A stretch of DNA of 32,000 nucleotides. Source: Methylorubrum extorquens. GTDB taxonomy: Bacteria > Pseudomonadota > Alphaproteobacteria > Rhizobiales > Beijerinckiaceae. Under the pieces are notes generated by a model. It ran no database searches. It was given only the letters and a program-made list of their open reading frames with translations, and was not told where the DNA came from. Shown one piece after another: positions 12,502 to 21,034 of the stretch (within the stretch, counting starts at the first letter, position 1; each line of letters begins with the position of its first letter). The DNA lies in the NCBI GenBank assembly GCA_900234795.1, contig LT962688.1, forward strand, positions 1,110,001-1,142,000, in the 5' to 3' direction. The translations under genes and the position numbers were made by a program.

Positions 12502-14460
12502 ATGACCACCGATCCGGTCACCACGCGGCTCCTGCGGCAGGCGCTGCCGGTGGTGACGACGCTCGCCTCGATGCTGCTGGTCGTGACGCTCGCCGGCGCG
12601 CTGTATTTCGGCCGCGACATCCTCGTGCCGGTGGCGCTCGCCATCCTGCTGAGCTTCGTCCTCGTGCCCGCCGTGCGGGCCCTGCGGCGCGTCCGCGTGC
12701 CGCGGGTGGCGGCGGTGCTGCTGGTAGTGGTGCTCGCGTTCGGCCTGCTCGGCGCGATCGGCAGCCTGATCGCTCGCGAGGCGGCGCAGCTCGCGACCGA
12801 TCTGCCGCGCTACTCGCTGACCCTGCGCGACAAGATCACGGCCCTGCGCGCCGCCACCGCCGAGCGCGGAAGCCTGTCGGACACCTTCTCCGGCTTCTTC
12901 GACATGGCCGAGGAGATCGGCAAGGAGTTGCAGCCGCCCGCCGCCAAGACCGAGTCCGAGACCAACGCGCCGCTCGGCACGGCGGAGCGGCCGATGCAGG
13001 TCGAGATCCACGCCCCCCGCTCCGGGCTGCTGACGACGCTCGGCAGCGTGGCGGGCGGGGTGCTGCACCCGCTGGCGACGCTTGGCCTGATCCTCCTGTT
13101 CACGATCTTCATCCTGCTCCAGCGCGAGGATCTGCGAAACCGCGCGATCCGGCTGGCGGGATCGAGCGACCTGCGCCGCACCACCGCGGCGATCGACGAC
13201 GCCACGAGCCGGCTCAGCCGGTTCTTCGTGGCGCAGCTCATCCTCAACGTCGCCTTCGGCCTCGTGATCGGTGTGGGCCTGTGGTTCATCGGCGTGCCGA
13301 GCCCGATCCTGTTCGGCGTCATCGCCGGCATCTCGCGCTTCGTGCCCTATGTCGGCGCGGTGCTCTCGGCGGCGCTGCCGCTCGCCATCGCCGTGGCCGT
13401 CGATCCCGGCTGGTCGATGGCGATCCAAGTCGCGATCCTGTTCGTCGTGATCGAGCCGATCGCCGGTCACGTGGTCGAGCCGCTGCTCTACGGGCACTCG
13501 ACCGGCATCTCGCCGATTGCGGTGATCCTCGCGGCGACGATCTGGACCTTCCTGTGGGGGCCGATCGGGCTCCTGCTCGCCACCCCGCTGACGGTCTGCC
13601 TCGTGGTGCTCGGCCGCCATGTCGAGCGGCTGTGGTTCCTCGACGTGATCCTTGGCGACCGCCCGGCGCTCGGCCCCCAGGAGATCTTCTACCAGCGCAT
13701 GCTGGCGGGCGATCCGGCCGAGGCCGTCGATCAGGGGCGGCTGTTCCTGAAGGAGCGGGCGCTCGTGACCTATTACGACGAGGTCGTGCTTCCGGGCCTG
13801 CGCATGGCCCAGGAAGATGCGGCGCGCGGCATGCTCGACCGGGAGCGGCAGGGCGAGGTCGGCGCCGGCTTCCGCACGGTGGTCGAGGCGCTGGGACTGG
13901 CGCGCAAGCGCGGCATGCCGCGGCGCTCGCGCAAGCCCATCGGGGCCGAGGCCGAGGCCGCCTTCGCCGCGGTGGGGCCGGACCGGCACACCGCCGGCAT
14001 CGTGCTCGGCCCGGACGACTTGGCTTCGGCCTGGCGCGGCGAGGCGCCGGTCCTGTGCGTGCCGAGCGGAGGCGCCTTCGACGAGGCCGCGACGCTGATG
14101 CTCGCTCAGACGCTCTCCCGCCACGGGCTCGGGGCGCGGGTGGCACCGGGCGACGCGTTGCGGAACGGTCTGCCCGAGGGCGAGCGCCCGGCGATGATCT
14201 GCTTCTCCTATCTCGACCCGATCAGCCTGTCGCAGATCCGCCTGACCATCCGCCGCGCCCGCAAGGCCGCGCCGGGCGTGACGATCCTCGTCGGCTTCTG
14301 GCGCGAGCGCGACCCGGCCTCCCTCGGCCGCCTGCGCCGGGCGATCTCCGCCGACCTGCTCGTGACCTCGCTGAGCGACGCCCTCGACGCCGCACTGGCG
14401 CGGGCGCGGGCCGGGAACGCCGCTCCGGCCTCGCCCCGGCTTCGGCAGGCGGCGGAGTAG
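12502..14460 (+). CDS. AI-2E (PerM/UPF0118) family transporter with a roughly 280-aa C-terminal cytoplasmic extension
   Basis: The core (aa 1 to about 372) has the family's TM pattern and the FVPYVGAVLSA...EP.LYG...SP motif region. Residues from about 375 to 652 are non-membrane, Arg/Ala-rich but structured (VLCVPSGGAFDEAATLMLAQTLSRHGLGARV...MICFSYLDPISLSQIRLTIRRARKAAPGVTILVGFW). Confidence 0.8.
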   Translation: MTTDPVTTRLLRQALPVVTTLASMLLVVTLAGALYFGRDILVPVALAILLSFVLVPAVRALRRVRVPRVAAVLLVVVLAFGLLGAIGSLIAREAAQLATDLPRYSLTLRDKITALRAATAERGSLSDTFSGFFDMAEEIGKELQPPAAKTESETNAPLGTAERPMQVEIHAPRSGLLTTLGSVAGGVLHPLATLGLILLFTIFILLQREDLRNRAIRLAGSSDLRRTTAAIDDATSRLSRFFVAQLILNVAFGLVIGVGLWFIGVPSPILFGVIAGISRFVPYVGAVLSAALPLAIAVAVDPGWSMAIQVAILFVVIEPIAGHVVEPLLYGHSTGISPIAVILAATIWTFLWGPIGLLLATPLTVCLVVLGRHVERLWFLDVILGDRPALGPQEIFYQRMLAGDPAEAVDQGRLFLKERALVTYYDEVVLPGLRMAQEDAARGMLDRERQGEVGAGFRTVVEALGLARKRGMPRRSRKPIGAEAEAAFAAVGPDRHTAGIVLGPDDLASAWRGEAPVLCVPSGGAFDEAATLMLAQTLSRHGLGARVAPGDALRNGLPEGERPAMICFSYLDPISLSQIRLTIRRARKAAPGVTILVGFWRERDPASLGRLRRAISADLLVTSLSDALDAALARARAGNAAPASPRLRQAAE

Positions 14461-14481
14461 GGCTAAGCCGGGCGAACCCCG

Positions 14482-14928
14482 TCAGGACAGGGCCACCAGG
14501 GCGACGCCGGCGATCATCAGCGCCCCGCCGAGAAGGCGCGTGACGCTCGCGGGATGGACGGCGAAGCCTTCGAGCCCGAAATGATCGAGCGTGATCGAGG
14601 TGACGACGCCCGCGGTCACGAGAAGGCCGAGGAAGGCCGCCGCGCCGATCCGCTGCGCGACGAAGAGCTGGGCCAGGATGACGCCAGCGCCGAGCGCACC
14701 ACCGAACCAGGCCCAGATCGGCGTCTGGCCGGCCTGCTGAAGGCTCGGCAGCTGCAGCCGCCCGGTCGCGAGGCCGATGCCGAGCATGGTGACGGTGCCG
14801 ACCAGCATCGAGACGAGCCCGGCCGCGAAGGGCTGCTCGCCGAAGGATTTGGCGAGCTGCGTGCTTTGGCCGGGCTGGACGGCCGTGGCGATGCCGGCGA
14901 GCAGGGCAATGCCGTAGAGGACGATCAT
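14482..14928 (-). CDS. DUF606 (YdcZ-like, DMT-related) small membrane transporter-family protein
   Basis: 148 aa with 5 predicted TM segments. GIATAVQPGQSTQLAK...WAWFGGALGAG.I....F.A.RIGAA.F..L.V.G is typical of DUF606/YdcZ proteins. Confidence 0.7.
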   Translation of the reverse strand: MIVLYGIALLAGIATAVQPGQSTQLAKSFGEQPFAAGLVSMLVGTVTMLGIGLATGRLQLPSLQQAGQTPIWAWFGGALGAGVILAQLFVAQRIGAAAFLGLLVTAGVVTSITLDHFGLEGFAVHPASVTRLLGGALMIAGVALVALS

Positions 14929-14970
14929 CGTTTCGGGTTCCTGCGGCGCGCCGCGATGAGGGGTCCGGAT

Positions 14971-15003
14971 CCCGCGCGATCCCTGGACGATTCTTCGAAG
15001 CCT
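14971..15003. repeat. second copy of repeat family 2 core
   Basis: cccgcgcgatccctgga (14971-14987) is identical to 7948-7964. The following cttcgaagcct resembles cttcgaggcct in the first copy. Lies in the divergent DUF606 / glycosyltransferase intergenic region. Confidence 0.5.
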
Positions 15004-15173
15004 CCGTTGAAGGCTGCCTGCTGACGGGGGTGCGCGGGAAACCGGGGGCCGCCCGTGCCGTTCCGTGGCGCGAGACCATCAGCCGCGGTTCATCAAGCGC
15101 AGCCTATGGAGGCGCACGCGCCGCGCGGAGCCCGCATTCCGGCGCCTCCCATCGGCTTTCCCGGAGCCTGTCC

Positions 15174-16334
15174 GTGCCGCCCGTTTCCCCCACGCCGTCG
15201 CGCCTCGACACCCTCATCGCCATCCCCGTGCGCAACGAGGCCGAGCGGATCGCCCGCTGCCTGACGGCGATCGACCGGCAGACCGGCCTCGCGCCGGGGC
15301 GGCTCGGGCTCGTGCTGTTCCTCAACAACTGCACCGACGACACGGCGGAGATCGTCGCCCGTTTCGTGCCGGCGCTGTCGATTCCCGTCCGGGTGATCGA
15401 GCGCGTTCATGCCGGGGCGCATGCGGGCTGGGCGCGCCGCGCGGCGATGGACGCGGCGGTCGCGTGGCTCGAAGCGGAGGGGACGGCCTCCGCGACGGCG
15501 ACGCTCCTGACCACCGACGCCGACAGCATCGTCCCGCCGGATTGGGTCGCGGCCAACCTCGCCGCCCTGGAGGCGGGCGCTGACGCGGTCGCCGGCCGGG
15601 TCGAACTGATCCCGGAGGAGGCGGCCCTGCTGCCGCCCTCGCTGCCCGCCCGCGGCCGGCTGGAGGACACCTACGACGCGCTCATCACTGAGATGGAGGC
15701 GCGCATCGATCCCGATCCGCACGATCCCTGGCCCTGCCACCGCACCACCATCGGCGCCTCGCTCGCCGTGCGGCTTCCCGCCTACCGCGACGTCGGCGGC
15801 ATGCCGGAAATCCCGCTCGGCGAGGACGGCGCCTTCGTCGGCGCGCTGCTCCAGCGGGGCTTTCGCGTGCGCCATGACCGGGCGGTGTTGGTGCTGATCT
15901 CGGCCCGCCTCACCGGCCGCGCGGCCGGCGGCGTTGCCGACACGATCCGCTCCCGCTGCGAGGAGCCCGACGCCCTGTGCGACGCCCGCATGGAGGCCGT
16001 GCCCCGCGCGCTTCATCGCTACGTCTGGCGCGCACGGCTGCGTCGCCTCTACGACGAGGGCCGGCTCACCCGCGATCTCGCCTGGGCGCGCCGGCTCGGC
16101 ATCACCGAGGCGGAAGCCCGCCGCATCGCCGCCCTGCCGCGGGTCGGCGAGATCGTCGCGGCGGTCGATCGCGCCAGCCCGCGCCTCGCCTACCGCCCGC
16201 TGATGCCGCGACAGCTCCCCGGCCAGATCCGGCTCGCCCGCCTCGTGCTGCCGCTGCTGCGCGCGGGTCTCCGCCTGCGCCGGGCAACGCCGTCCGCACG
16301 CCCGGTCGCCCCAACGGCCACCGCCGACGCGTAA
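15174..16334 (+). CDS. family 2 glycosyltransferase with C-terminal extension
   Basis: From the GTG at 15174 (ggag at 15163-15166): LIAIPVRNEAERIARCLTAIDRQT...LLTTDADSIVPPDW (DxD)...GEDGAF, a GT-A/GT2 fold signature. The last roughly 120 aa are Arg/Leu-rich with no recognised domain. Confidence 0.7.
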   Translation: MPPVSPTPSRLDTLIAIPVRNEAERIARCLTAIDRQTGLAPGRLGLVLFLNNCTDDTAEIVARFVPALSIPVRVIERVHAGAHAGWARRAAMDAAVAWLEAEGTASATATLLTTDADSIVPPDWVAANLAALEAGADAVAGRVELIPEEAALLPPSLPARGRLEDTYDALITEMEARIDPDPHDPWPCHRTTIGASLAVRLPAYRDVGGMPEIPLGEDGAFVGALLQRGFRVRHDRAVLVLISARLTGRAAGGVADTIRSRCEEPDALCDARMEAVPRALHRYVWRARLRRLYDEGRLTRDLAWARRLGITEAEARRIAALPRVGEIVAAVDRASPRLAYRPLMPRQLPGQIRLARLVLPLLRAGLRLRRATPSARPVAPTATADA

Positions 16335-16340
16335 TGTCCG

Positions 16341-16452
16341 GGATCCCAAAGGGGTCACCCCTTTGGCGGGGCGCCGGGGCAGCGCCCCGGCATTCTCCCA
16401 GGGCTCCGCCCTGGACCCGCGAAAGGGATGATCCCTTTCGAAACCCAGGATG
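16341..16452. repeat. compound REP-like element (repeat family 1): four stacked hairpins filling the gap between convergent genes
   Basis: Four hairpins: ccaaagggg/cccctttgg (16346-16366), gccggggc/gccccggc (16373-16391), ccaggg/ccctgg (16398-16414), cgaaaggga/tccctttcg (16420-16440). The 29-nt block 16398-16426 is the exact reverse complement of 31961-31989. Confidence 0.75.
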
Positions 16453-17184
16453 TCAGGCTTCGTCGCGCGTCGGGCCGAAGATCGGCTCGAAGGCGGCGCG
16501 TAGCGCCATGTCCACCTCGGGCAGGCTGACGATGCGGCCGAGATCGGCCAGGCTCGTGACCCCGTGCTCGCGCACGCCGCAGGGCACGATGCCGGAGAAG
16601 TGGGCGAGGTCCGGTTCGACGTTGAGGCTGATGCCGTGCAGGCTCACCCAGCGCCGCACACGAATGCCGATCGCCGCGATCTTGTCCTCGACGGTCGGCC
16701 CCTTGTCCGGCCGGCGCACCCAGACCCCGACCCGGTCCTCGCGGCGCTCGGCCCGGATGTTGTAGGCGTCGAGCGTCGCGATCAGCCACGCCTCCAGGCT
16801 CGCCACATAGGCCCGCAGGTCGGGCCGGCGCCGGTTGAGGTCCAGCATCACGTAGGCGATGCGCTGGCCCGGCCCGTGATAGGTGTATTGTCCGCCCCGG
16901 CCCGTGCGGTGGACGGGGAAGCGCTCCGGCTCGACGAGGTCGGCGCTCTTGGCCGAAGTGCCCGCCGTATAGAGCGGCGGATGCTCCAAGAGCCAGACGA
17001 GTTCATCCGCCTCGCCGCGGGCGATGGCCGTGGCGCGGGCCTCCATCTCGGCCTCCGCCTCCTGGTAATCGACGAGGCTGTCGGTCACGCGCCAGACCAC
17101 CGGCGGCGCGTCCGCCCGCGGCAGGAATGTCGCGGGTGCGATTGAAAGCCGGGAAGCGGGTGCCGTGAAGGAATTGTTTACCAA
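16453..17184 (-). CDS. lipB: lipoyl(octanoyl) transferase
   Basis: [42 protein letters not shown]...[21 protein letters not shown]...[22 protein letters not shown] are canonical LipB motifs. The annotated start is a TTG at 17184 and is uncertain. Confidence 0.9.
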   Translation of the reverse strand: MVNNSFTAPASRLSIAPATFLPRADAPPVVWRVTDSLVDYQEAEAEMEARATAIARGEADELVWLLEHPPLYTAGTSAKSADLVEPERFPVHRTGRGGQYTYHGPGQRIAYVMLDLNRRRPDLRAYVASLEAWLIATLDAYNIRAERREDRVGVWVRRPDKGPTVEDKIAAIGIRVRRWVSLHGISLNVEPDLAHFSGIVPCGVREHGVTSLADLGRIVSLPEVDMALRAAFEPIFGPTRDEA

Positions 17185-17242
17185 GACTTCACCATCGCGT
17201 GCGGAAGGTTTTCCGGGTTTTTAACAAACGGAGCATCCGCGC

Positions 17243-17548
17243 GTGGCGGTCCTGGACGAATTGCAGGTCGATCTCAAGGTCGTGCTGGGGCGCAGCCACA
17301 TGCCGTTGCACATGCTGCTGCGCATGGGCCGCGGGGCGGTGATCGAGCTGGAGGCCACCGAGACCGACATGGTCGAGATCCTCGCCAACGATCACCCGAT
17401 CGCCCGCGGGCAGATCGTGGTGACCGGCAACCGCATCTCCGTGGAGGTGACCGAGCTGATCCGCAAGGCCGAGGTGGTGCGCACTCCCGGCGTGACCATC
17501 GGCGAGGGCGCCGTGCCGATCCTCGACGACGTGGGCACGATGCCCTGA
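17243..17548 (+). CDS. fliN: FliN/FliM-C (SpoA domain) flagellar motor switch-like protein, isolated from any flagellar cluster
   Basis: LQVDLKVVLGRSHMPLHMLLRMGRGAVIELEATETDMVEILANDHPIARGQIVVTGNRISVEVTELI matches the surface-presentation-of-antigens (SpoA) fold signature of FliN. GTG start. Confidence 0.7.
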   Translation: MAVLDELQVDLKVVLGRSHMPLHMLLRMGRGAVIELEATETDMVEILANDHPIARGQIVVTGNRISVEVTELIRKAEVVRTPGVTIGEGAVPILDDVGTMP

Positions 17549-17671
17549 GCGGTTTTCGAGGCGGCAAAACGCGAAGAAACGAATCCGGCGCTTGTGCACG
17601 TCCCGGGCATCTGTTATCCGCTGCGCCGCCCACACAAGACACCGGCCGCCACAAGCGGCACGGCGGCAAGG

Positions 17672-17756
17672 GCGGCCATGGCGGAATTGGTAGACGCGCT
17701 AGCTTGAGGTGCTAGTCCCGCGAGGGGTGGAGGTTCGAGTCCTCTTGGCCGCACCA
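17672..17756 (+). tRNA. tRNA-Leu (anticodon GAG), type II with long variable arm, CCA encoded
   Basis: Acceptor gcggcca/tggccgc. D arm gcgg-aattggtaga-cgc. Anticodon stem ctagc/gctag with loop ttGAGgt. Variable arm tcccgcgaggggtg. T arm with ggttcgagtcc. 3' a-cca at 17753-17756. Confidence 0.9.
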
Positions 17757-17785
17757 AACTCTTTCCTGAGTGATCGGAAGGAGTT
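17757..17785 (+). terminator. hairpin immediately after the tRNA (possible tRNA terminator/processing stem)
   Basis: aactctttcc (17757-17766) pairs with ggaaggagtt (17776-17785), with one G-U position and a 9-nt loop. No T-tract follows. Confidence 0.3.
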
Positions 17786-18129
17786 GGGGCGAAAATCAAA
17801 AGCGAAAATGACCGCACTCTCACAGCGGTCTCACACACGACTTCCCGACGCGGCGCGTTGATGGAAGCATCCCCCGGCGCGGGTCTGTCCGTCCGGGGCG
17901 GCGATGTCTCGTGATCGCTCGACTGGCTCGAGAAACATGGCATCGGCCCGGCACCGATGGTGCGCCGAACTCCCCCACGATCGAAGCCTTCGTCCGGTCC
18001 ATCTCGTCCGGAGCGATCATCCCGGCGGATCGACCGATCATGGCCGTGAGTGGCATGGTTCGGACGACGCCGGCTTCGGGAACGCCTTCGAACGCCGCTT
18101 CACCCGAGACAGGGCTGGCGGCGTGACGC

Positions 18130-19476
18130 TCAGGCGACGGCTGGCTGCGGGAAGTGCGGCCGATACCGGCGGCAGAGAACGAACAGGCAGTAGAACTGGA
18201 AGATCGTCGACATCCGGTTGTGTGCGAGGAAAAGGTAGCCGGTCGCGCTGTTGAGGATGAAGGCGATCAGGAGGGCCGAGAGCAGGAAGGCGGTGCGCCG
18301 CTCAAGGCTCGGATGCGCGAAGATGCAGGACGAGGCCAGGAGCAGGACGAGATAGAACGCGCCGCCGACGAGGCCCAAGCCGACCAGAGTGTCGAGGAAG
18401 GTGTTGTGGAAGTCGGGTGTGAAGAAGAACATCTCCCGCTCCCACACATTCTATGCTTTCGAGAACGGGTCGGTGTTGAAGAAACTCAGATAGCCGTAGC
18501 CGAACACCGGCCGGTCGCGAAAAACTTCGAGGGCGTAGGGCCAGAAGTTGCTGCGCCCGGTAAAATCGGGACTGCGGCCGAGCGCGACGGCGATGTCGCC
18601 GACCCCGATGAAGGGCAGGAAGAGCGAGAGCAGGATCGCGAACCCGGTCACCGCCGCGAAGATGGCCCGGCCGCAGCCGGGCAGCATCCGGGCGGTCAGG
18701 AGCGTCAGGCCCGCCACCGCGATGCCGCTCACGGAGGACATCGAGTTGGCCAGGATCAACCCGAGCGCGAGGATGGCGAGCGCCGGCCCGCGCAGGCCCC
18801 GCGGGCTCGCGCCGGGCAGGAACAGCAGGATCAGCATCGCGCTCGCGGCGGACATGCCGTGCAGGGTCTTGCTGCCGTAAGCGCCGAACAGCTCGCCCGA
18901 CATCAGCAGGCCCGGCCGGGTGATGTCGGTGCGCACCGCATCGGGCATCACCACCACCATCACCAGGGAGGACGCCACCAGGAAGACGTTGGTCCAGGCG
19001 TACAGGCTCAGGAACACCGCCGGATGGACGATGCAGGCCAGCGCCGCGGCGATGGCGATGTTCAGGACGAGCATCCCCGCCGGGACCAGCGACGCCCAGC
19101 TATCGGTCGCCCAGCAGGTGGAGAGCAGGATGTAGCCGGCGAATGGAAGGACGGCGACCAGGCAAAGGTCGATCCCGTTGCGCCACATGTCCCGCAGCAC
19201 CACGCCGAGGGACAGGACGTAGAGGCAGAGCCAGAGCCCGACATAGAACAGGTTGTTCCGGTTCGATGGCATCAGCGTCTTGGTGTTGCCGACCTCGTTG
19301 TTGCTGCCGAGGAAGAGCACGTAGAAGGCGTTCGCGCACATCAGCACCGCGAAGACGACGAAGGCCGCGCGCCACCGCGCGCCGGACAACCCGATCGACG
19401 ACGGCGCGGCCCGGACAGCGTTTGGCGGAGGGCTCGTGTCGGTCAGGCTGGTTGCGGTCATGCTGGTTGCGGTCAT
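18130..19476 (-). pseudogene. O-antigen ligase/polymerase (Wzy_C-like) family gene interrupted by an in-frame TAG
   Basis: The ORFs 18451-19476 and 18130-18447 share one frame, separated only by TAG (18453-18451) plus one codon. Joined, they read ...RPVFGYGYLSFFNTDPFSKA*NVWEREMFFFTPDFHNTFLDTLVGLGLVGGAFYL. This is the G.G.gsF ... HN.fL..l.e.G..G motif region of Wzy_C/O-antigen-ligase proteins. About 10-11 TM segments in total. Confidence 0.7.
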
Positions 19477-19558
19477 GGCGCGAGGCTCGGGAAAGGCGTT
19501 TGGGGCCCCTGCGGCGGCCGATGGCGGAGGGTCTCCGGCCGCAGGGATGCAGGGGGTG

Positions 19559-21034
19559 TCAGGCGATCACCACTTCACCCGACCCGACCGGGTACCGCGG
19601 CAGGGACGCCGCCTCGCCGCGCAGGACGCCGAGGGCGATCGCCGCCAGGATGCCGAGCGCTAGGCCGATCAGCGTTCCGAGCACGAGGACGATGGCCTTG
19701 CTCAAGTTCGTCGGCAGTTCGGGCGGGATCGCTGCGCCGATCACGCGGATGTTGTTCACATCGACCTGCGTCTGCTCGATGAGCTCGCGGGAGCGCACGA
19801 GATACTGGGCGAACAGCTTGCGCTGGGCCTCTGCCTCCGCCTCCCGCGCCCGCAGCTCGGCGAGCGCGCGGTCGTCGGCGAGCGAGGCCGTCGACATCGT
19901 CTCCACCGTCCTGCGCAGCTCCTCCTCGGTCTGCTTGGCCCGGCGATAATCGTTCCGTGCCGCGTCGCCGATCCGCTGCAGCTCCTGGCCGAGCTGATCC
20001 TGAAGGGCATCAATCTCGCGGCCGACCGAGTTCAGCTCGGGATGGCGCGGTCCCAGCACGTTGGCGAGGTTGGCCCGGCGGCGACGGGCCTCGGTGATCT
20101 GGTAGCGCAACTGGATCATGGCCTGGGACTGGACGGCCTCCGACAGGCCGTCGAGCCGGCCGCGCAGAGCGTTCGCCTGCTCCATCCGGACGAGGGCCTC
20201 GGTGGACCGGGCCCGGGCGGCGGCGAGCTGCGTGTTGAGGTCGCGCAGGCGCCGGTCTCTGGTGAGGGAGCCATCGGCGCTGACGAGGTCGTGCTCGCTC
20301 CTGAAGGTCGCGACCCGGTTCTCCGCGGCGCGCACGGCGGCGCGCAATTCGGCGAGGCGATCGTCGAGGGAGGCGCCGGAGCGGCGCGCGAGCTCGGACC
20401 GGGTCCGGTTCGCCTGCTCGGTGTAGAGCGTCACGAGTTCGTTCGCGATCCGGGCCGACTTGTCGGGATCACGGGTTGCGACATGCACCTCGACGACGAA
20501 GCTGCGCTCGGCCCGGCGGACGGCGATCTTGCGCTCCAGGGTCTGGAGCGCCGCGCGGCGCGGATCGGGCAAGCGGGGCGGCGACAGGCCGACGCGGTCG
20601 AGGATCGCAGCCTTCGCCCGGCGCAGAAGGCCGGGCGGCTCGCCGGCGAATTCGGGATCCTCGTCGAGCCGGTCGCGGGTGATCAGGGCGTTGAGCACCA
20701 TGCTCGACCGCAGGACACGCATCTCGTTCTCGACCGATGCGATCTGCGCGTCGGCGTTGTCGATGCTCGGCGTCACCTCCCGTTCGACCACGCGCAAGGC
20801 GCGCGGATCGATGATGACCTGGGCGGTGGCGACGTAGTTCGGTTCCGTCCGCGCGACGACGACCACGCCGCCCAGCGTGCCGAGGACCATCGAGAGGGCG
20901 ATGAGCCGACGGCGGCGCTTGAGCATCGCCAGGAGTTGCGCCGGCGCGATGGAAGGGGACTGCCCGGCGGACGCGGTAGGCCGATCGTAGGAAGAGAGCG
21001 GAATGGCTCCGCGCGTGGCTGTGTAGGTCGTCAT
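19559..21034 (-). CDS. polysaccharide co-polymerase (Wzz/GumC/ExoP-N-like chain-length determinant), no kinase domain
   Basis: N-terminal Wzz segment (LLAMLKRRRRLIALSMVLGTLGGVVVV...YVATAQVIIDP), a long coiled-coil periplasmic region, and a C-terminal TM (AIVLVLGTLIGLALGILAAIAL). There is no Walker A / tyrosine-kinase tail. Start placed at the ATG at 21034 (MTTYTA). Confidence 0.75.
   Translation of the reverse strand: MTTYTATRGAIPLSSYDRPTASAGQSPSIAPAQLLAMLKRRRRLIALSMVLGTLGGVVVVARTEPNYVATAQVIIDPRALRVVEREVTPSIDNADAQIASVENEMRVLRSSMVLNALITRDRLDEDPEFAGEPPGLLRRAKAAILDRVGLSPPRLPDPRRAALQTLERKIAVRRAERSFVVEVHVATRDPDKSARIANELVTLYTEQANRTRSELARRSGASLDDRLAELRAAVRAAENRVATFRSEHDLVSADGSLTRDRRLRDLNTQLAAARARSTEALVRMEQANALRGRLDGLSEAVQSQAMIQLRYQITEARRRRANLANVLGPRHPELNSVGREIDALQDQLGQELQRIGDAARNDYRRAKQTEEELRRTVETMSTASLADDRALAELRAREAEAEAQRKLFAQYLVRSRELIEQTQVDVNNIRVIGAAIPPELPTNLSKAIVLVLGTLIGLALGILAAIALGVLRGEAASLPRYPVGSGEVVIA

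Noticed and set aside
15038-15062. GAAAC-N16-CGTT upstream of the glycosyltransferase as another EcfG promoter.
   Set aside because: The -35 deviates from the invariant GGAAC (GGGAAAC here), so it is too weak to call.
17592-17619. Sigma70-like promoter for tRNA-Leu (TTGTGC ... TTATCC).
   Set aside because: The hexamers are weak and the spacing is ambiguous (14-16 nt depending on the chosen -10). The support is not enough to list it as a feature.
17911-18126. Small ORFs in the tRNA-proximal gap: 17911-18126(+), 17904-18254(+), 17820-18056(-).
   Set aside because: They have no recognisable motifs, no convincing SD, mixed third-position composition, and overlap each other. I cannot support them as genes, though a decayed island gene remnant is possible.
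18448-18453. The TAG in the wzy-like gene as programmed recoding (pyrrolysine or suppression).
   Set aside because: No pyl genes or suppressor tRNA are in the window, and recoding would be unprecedented for this lineage. A nonsense mutation or sequencing error is far more parsimonious.
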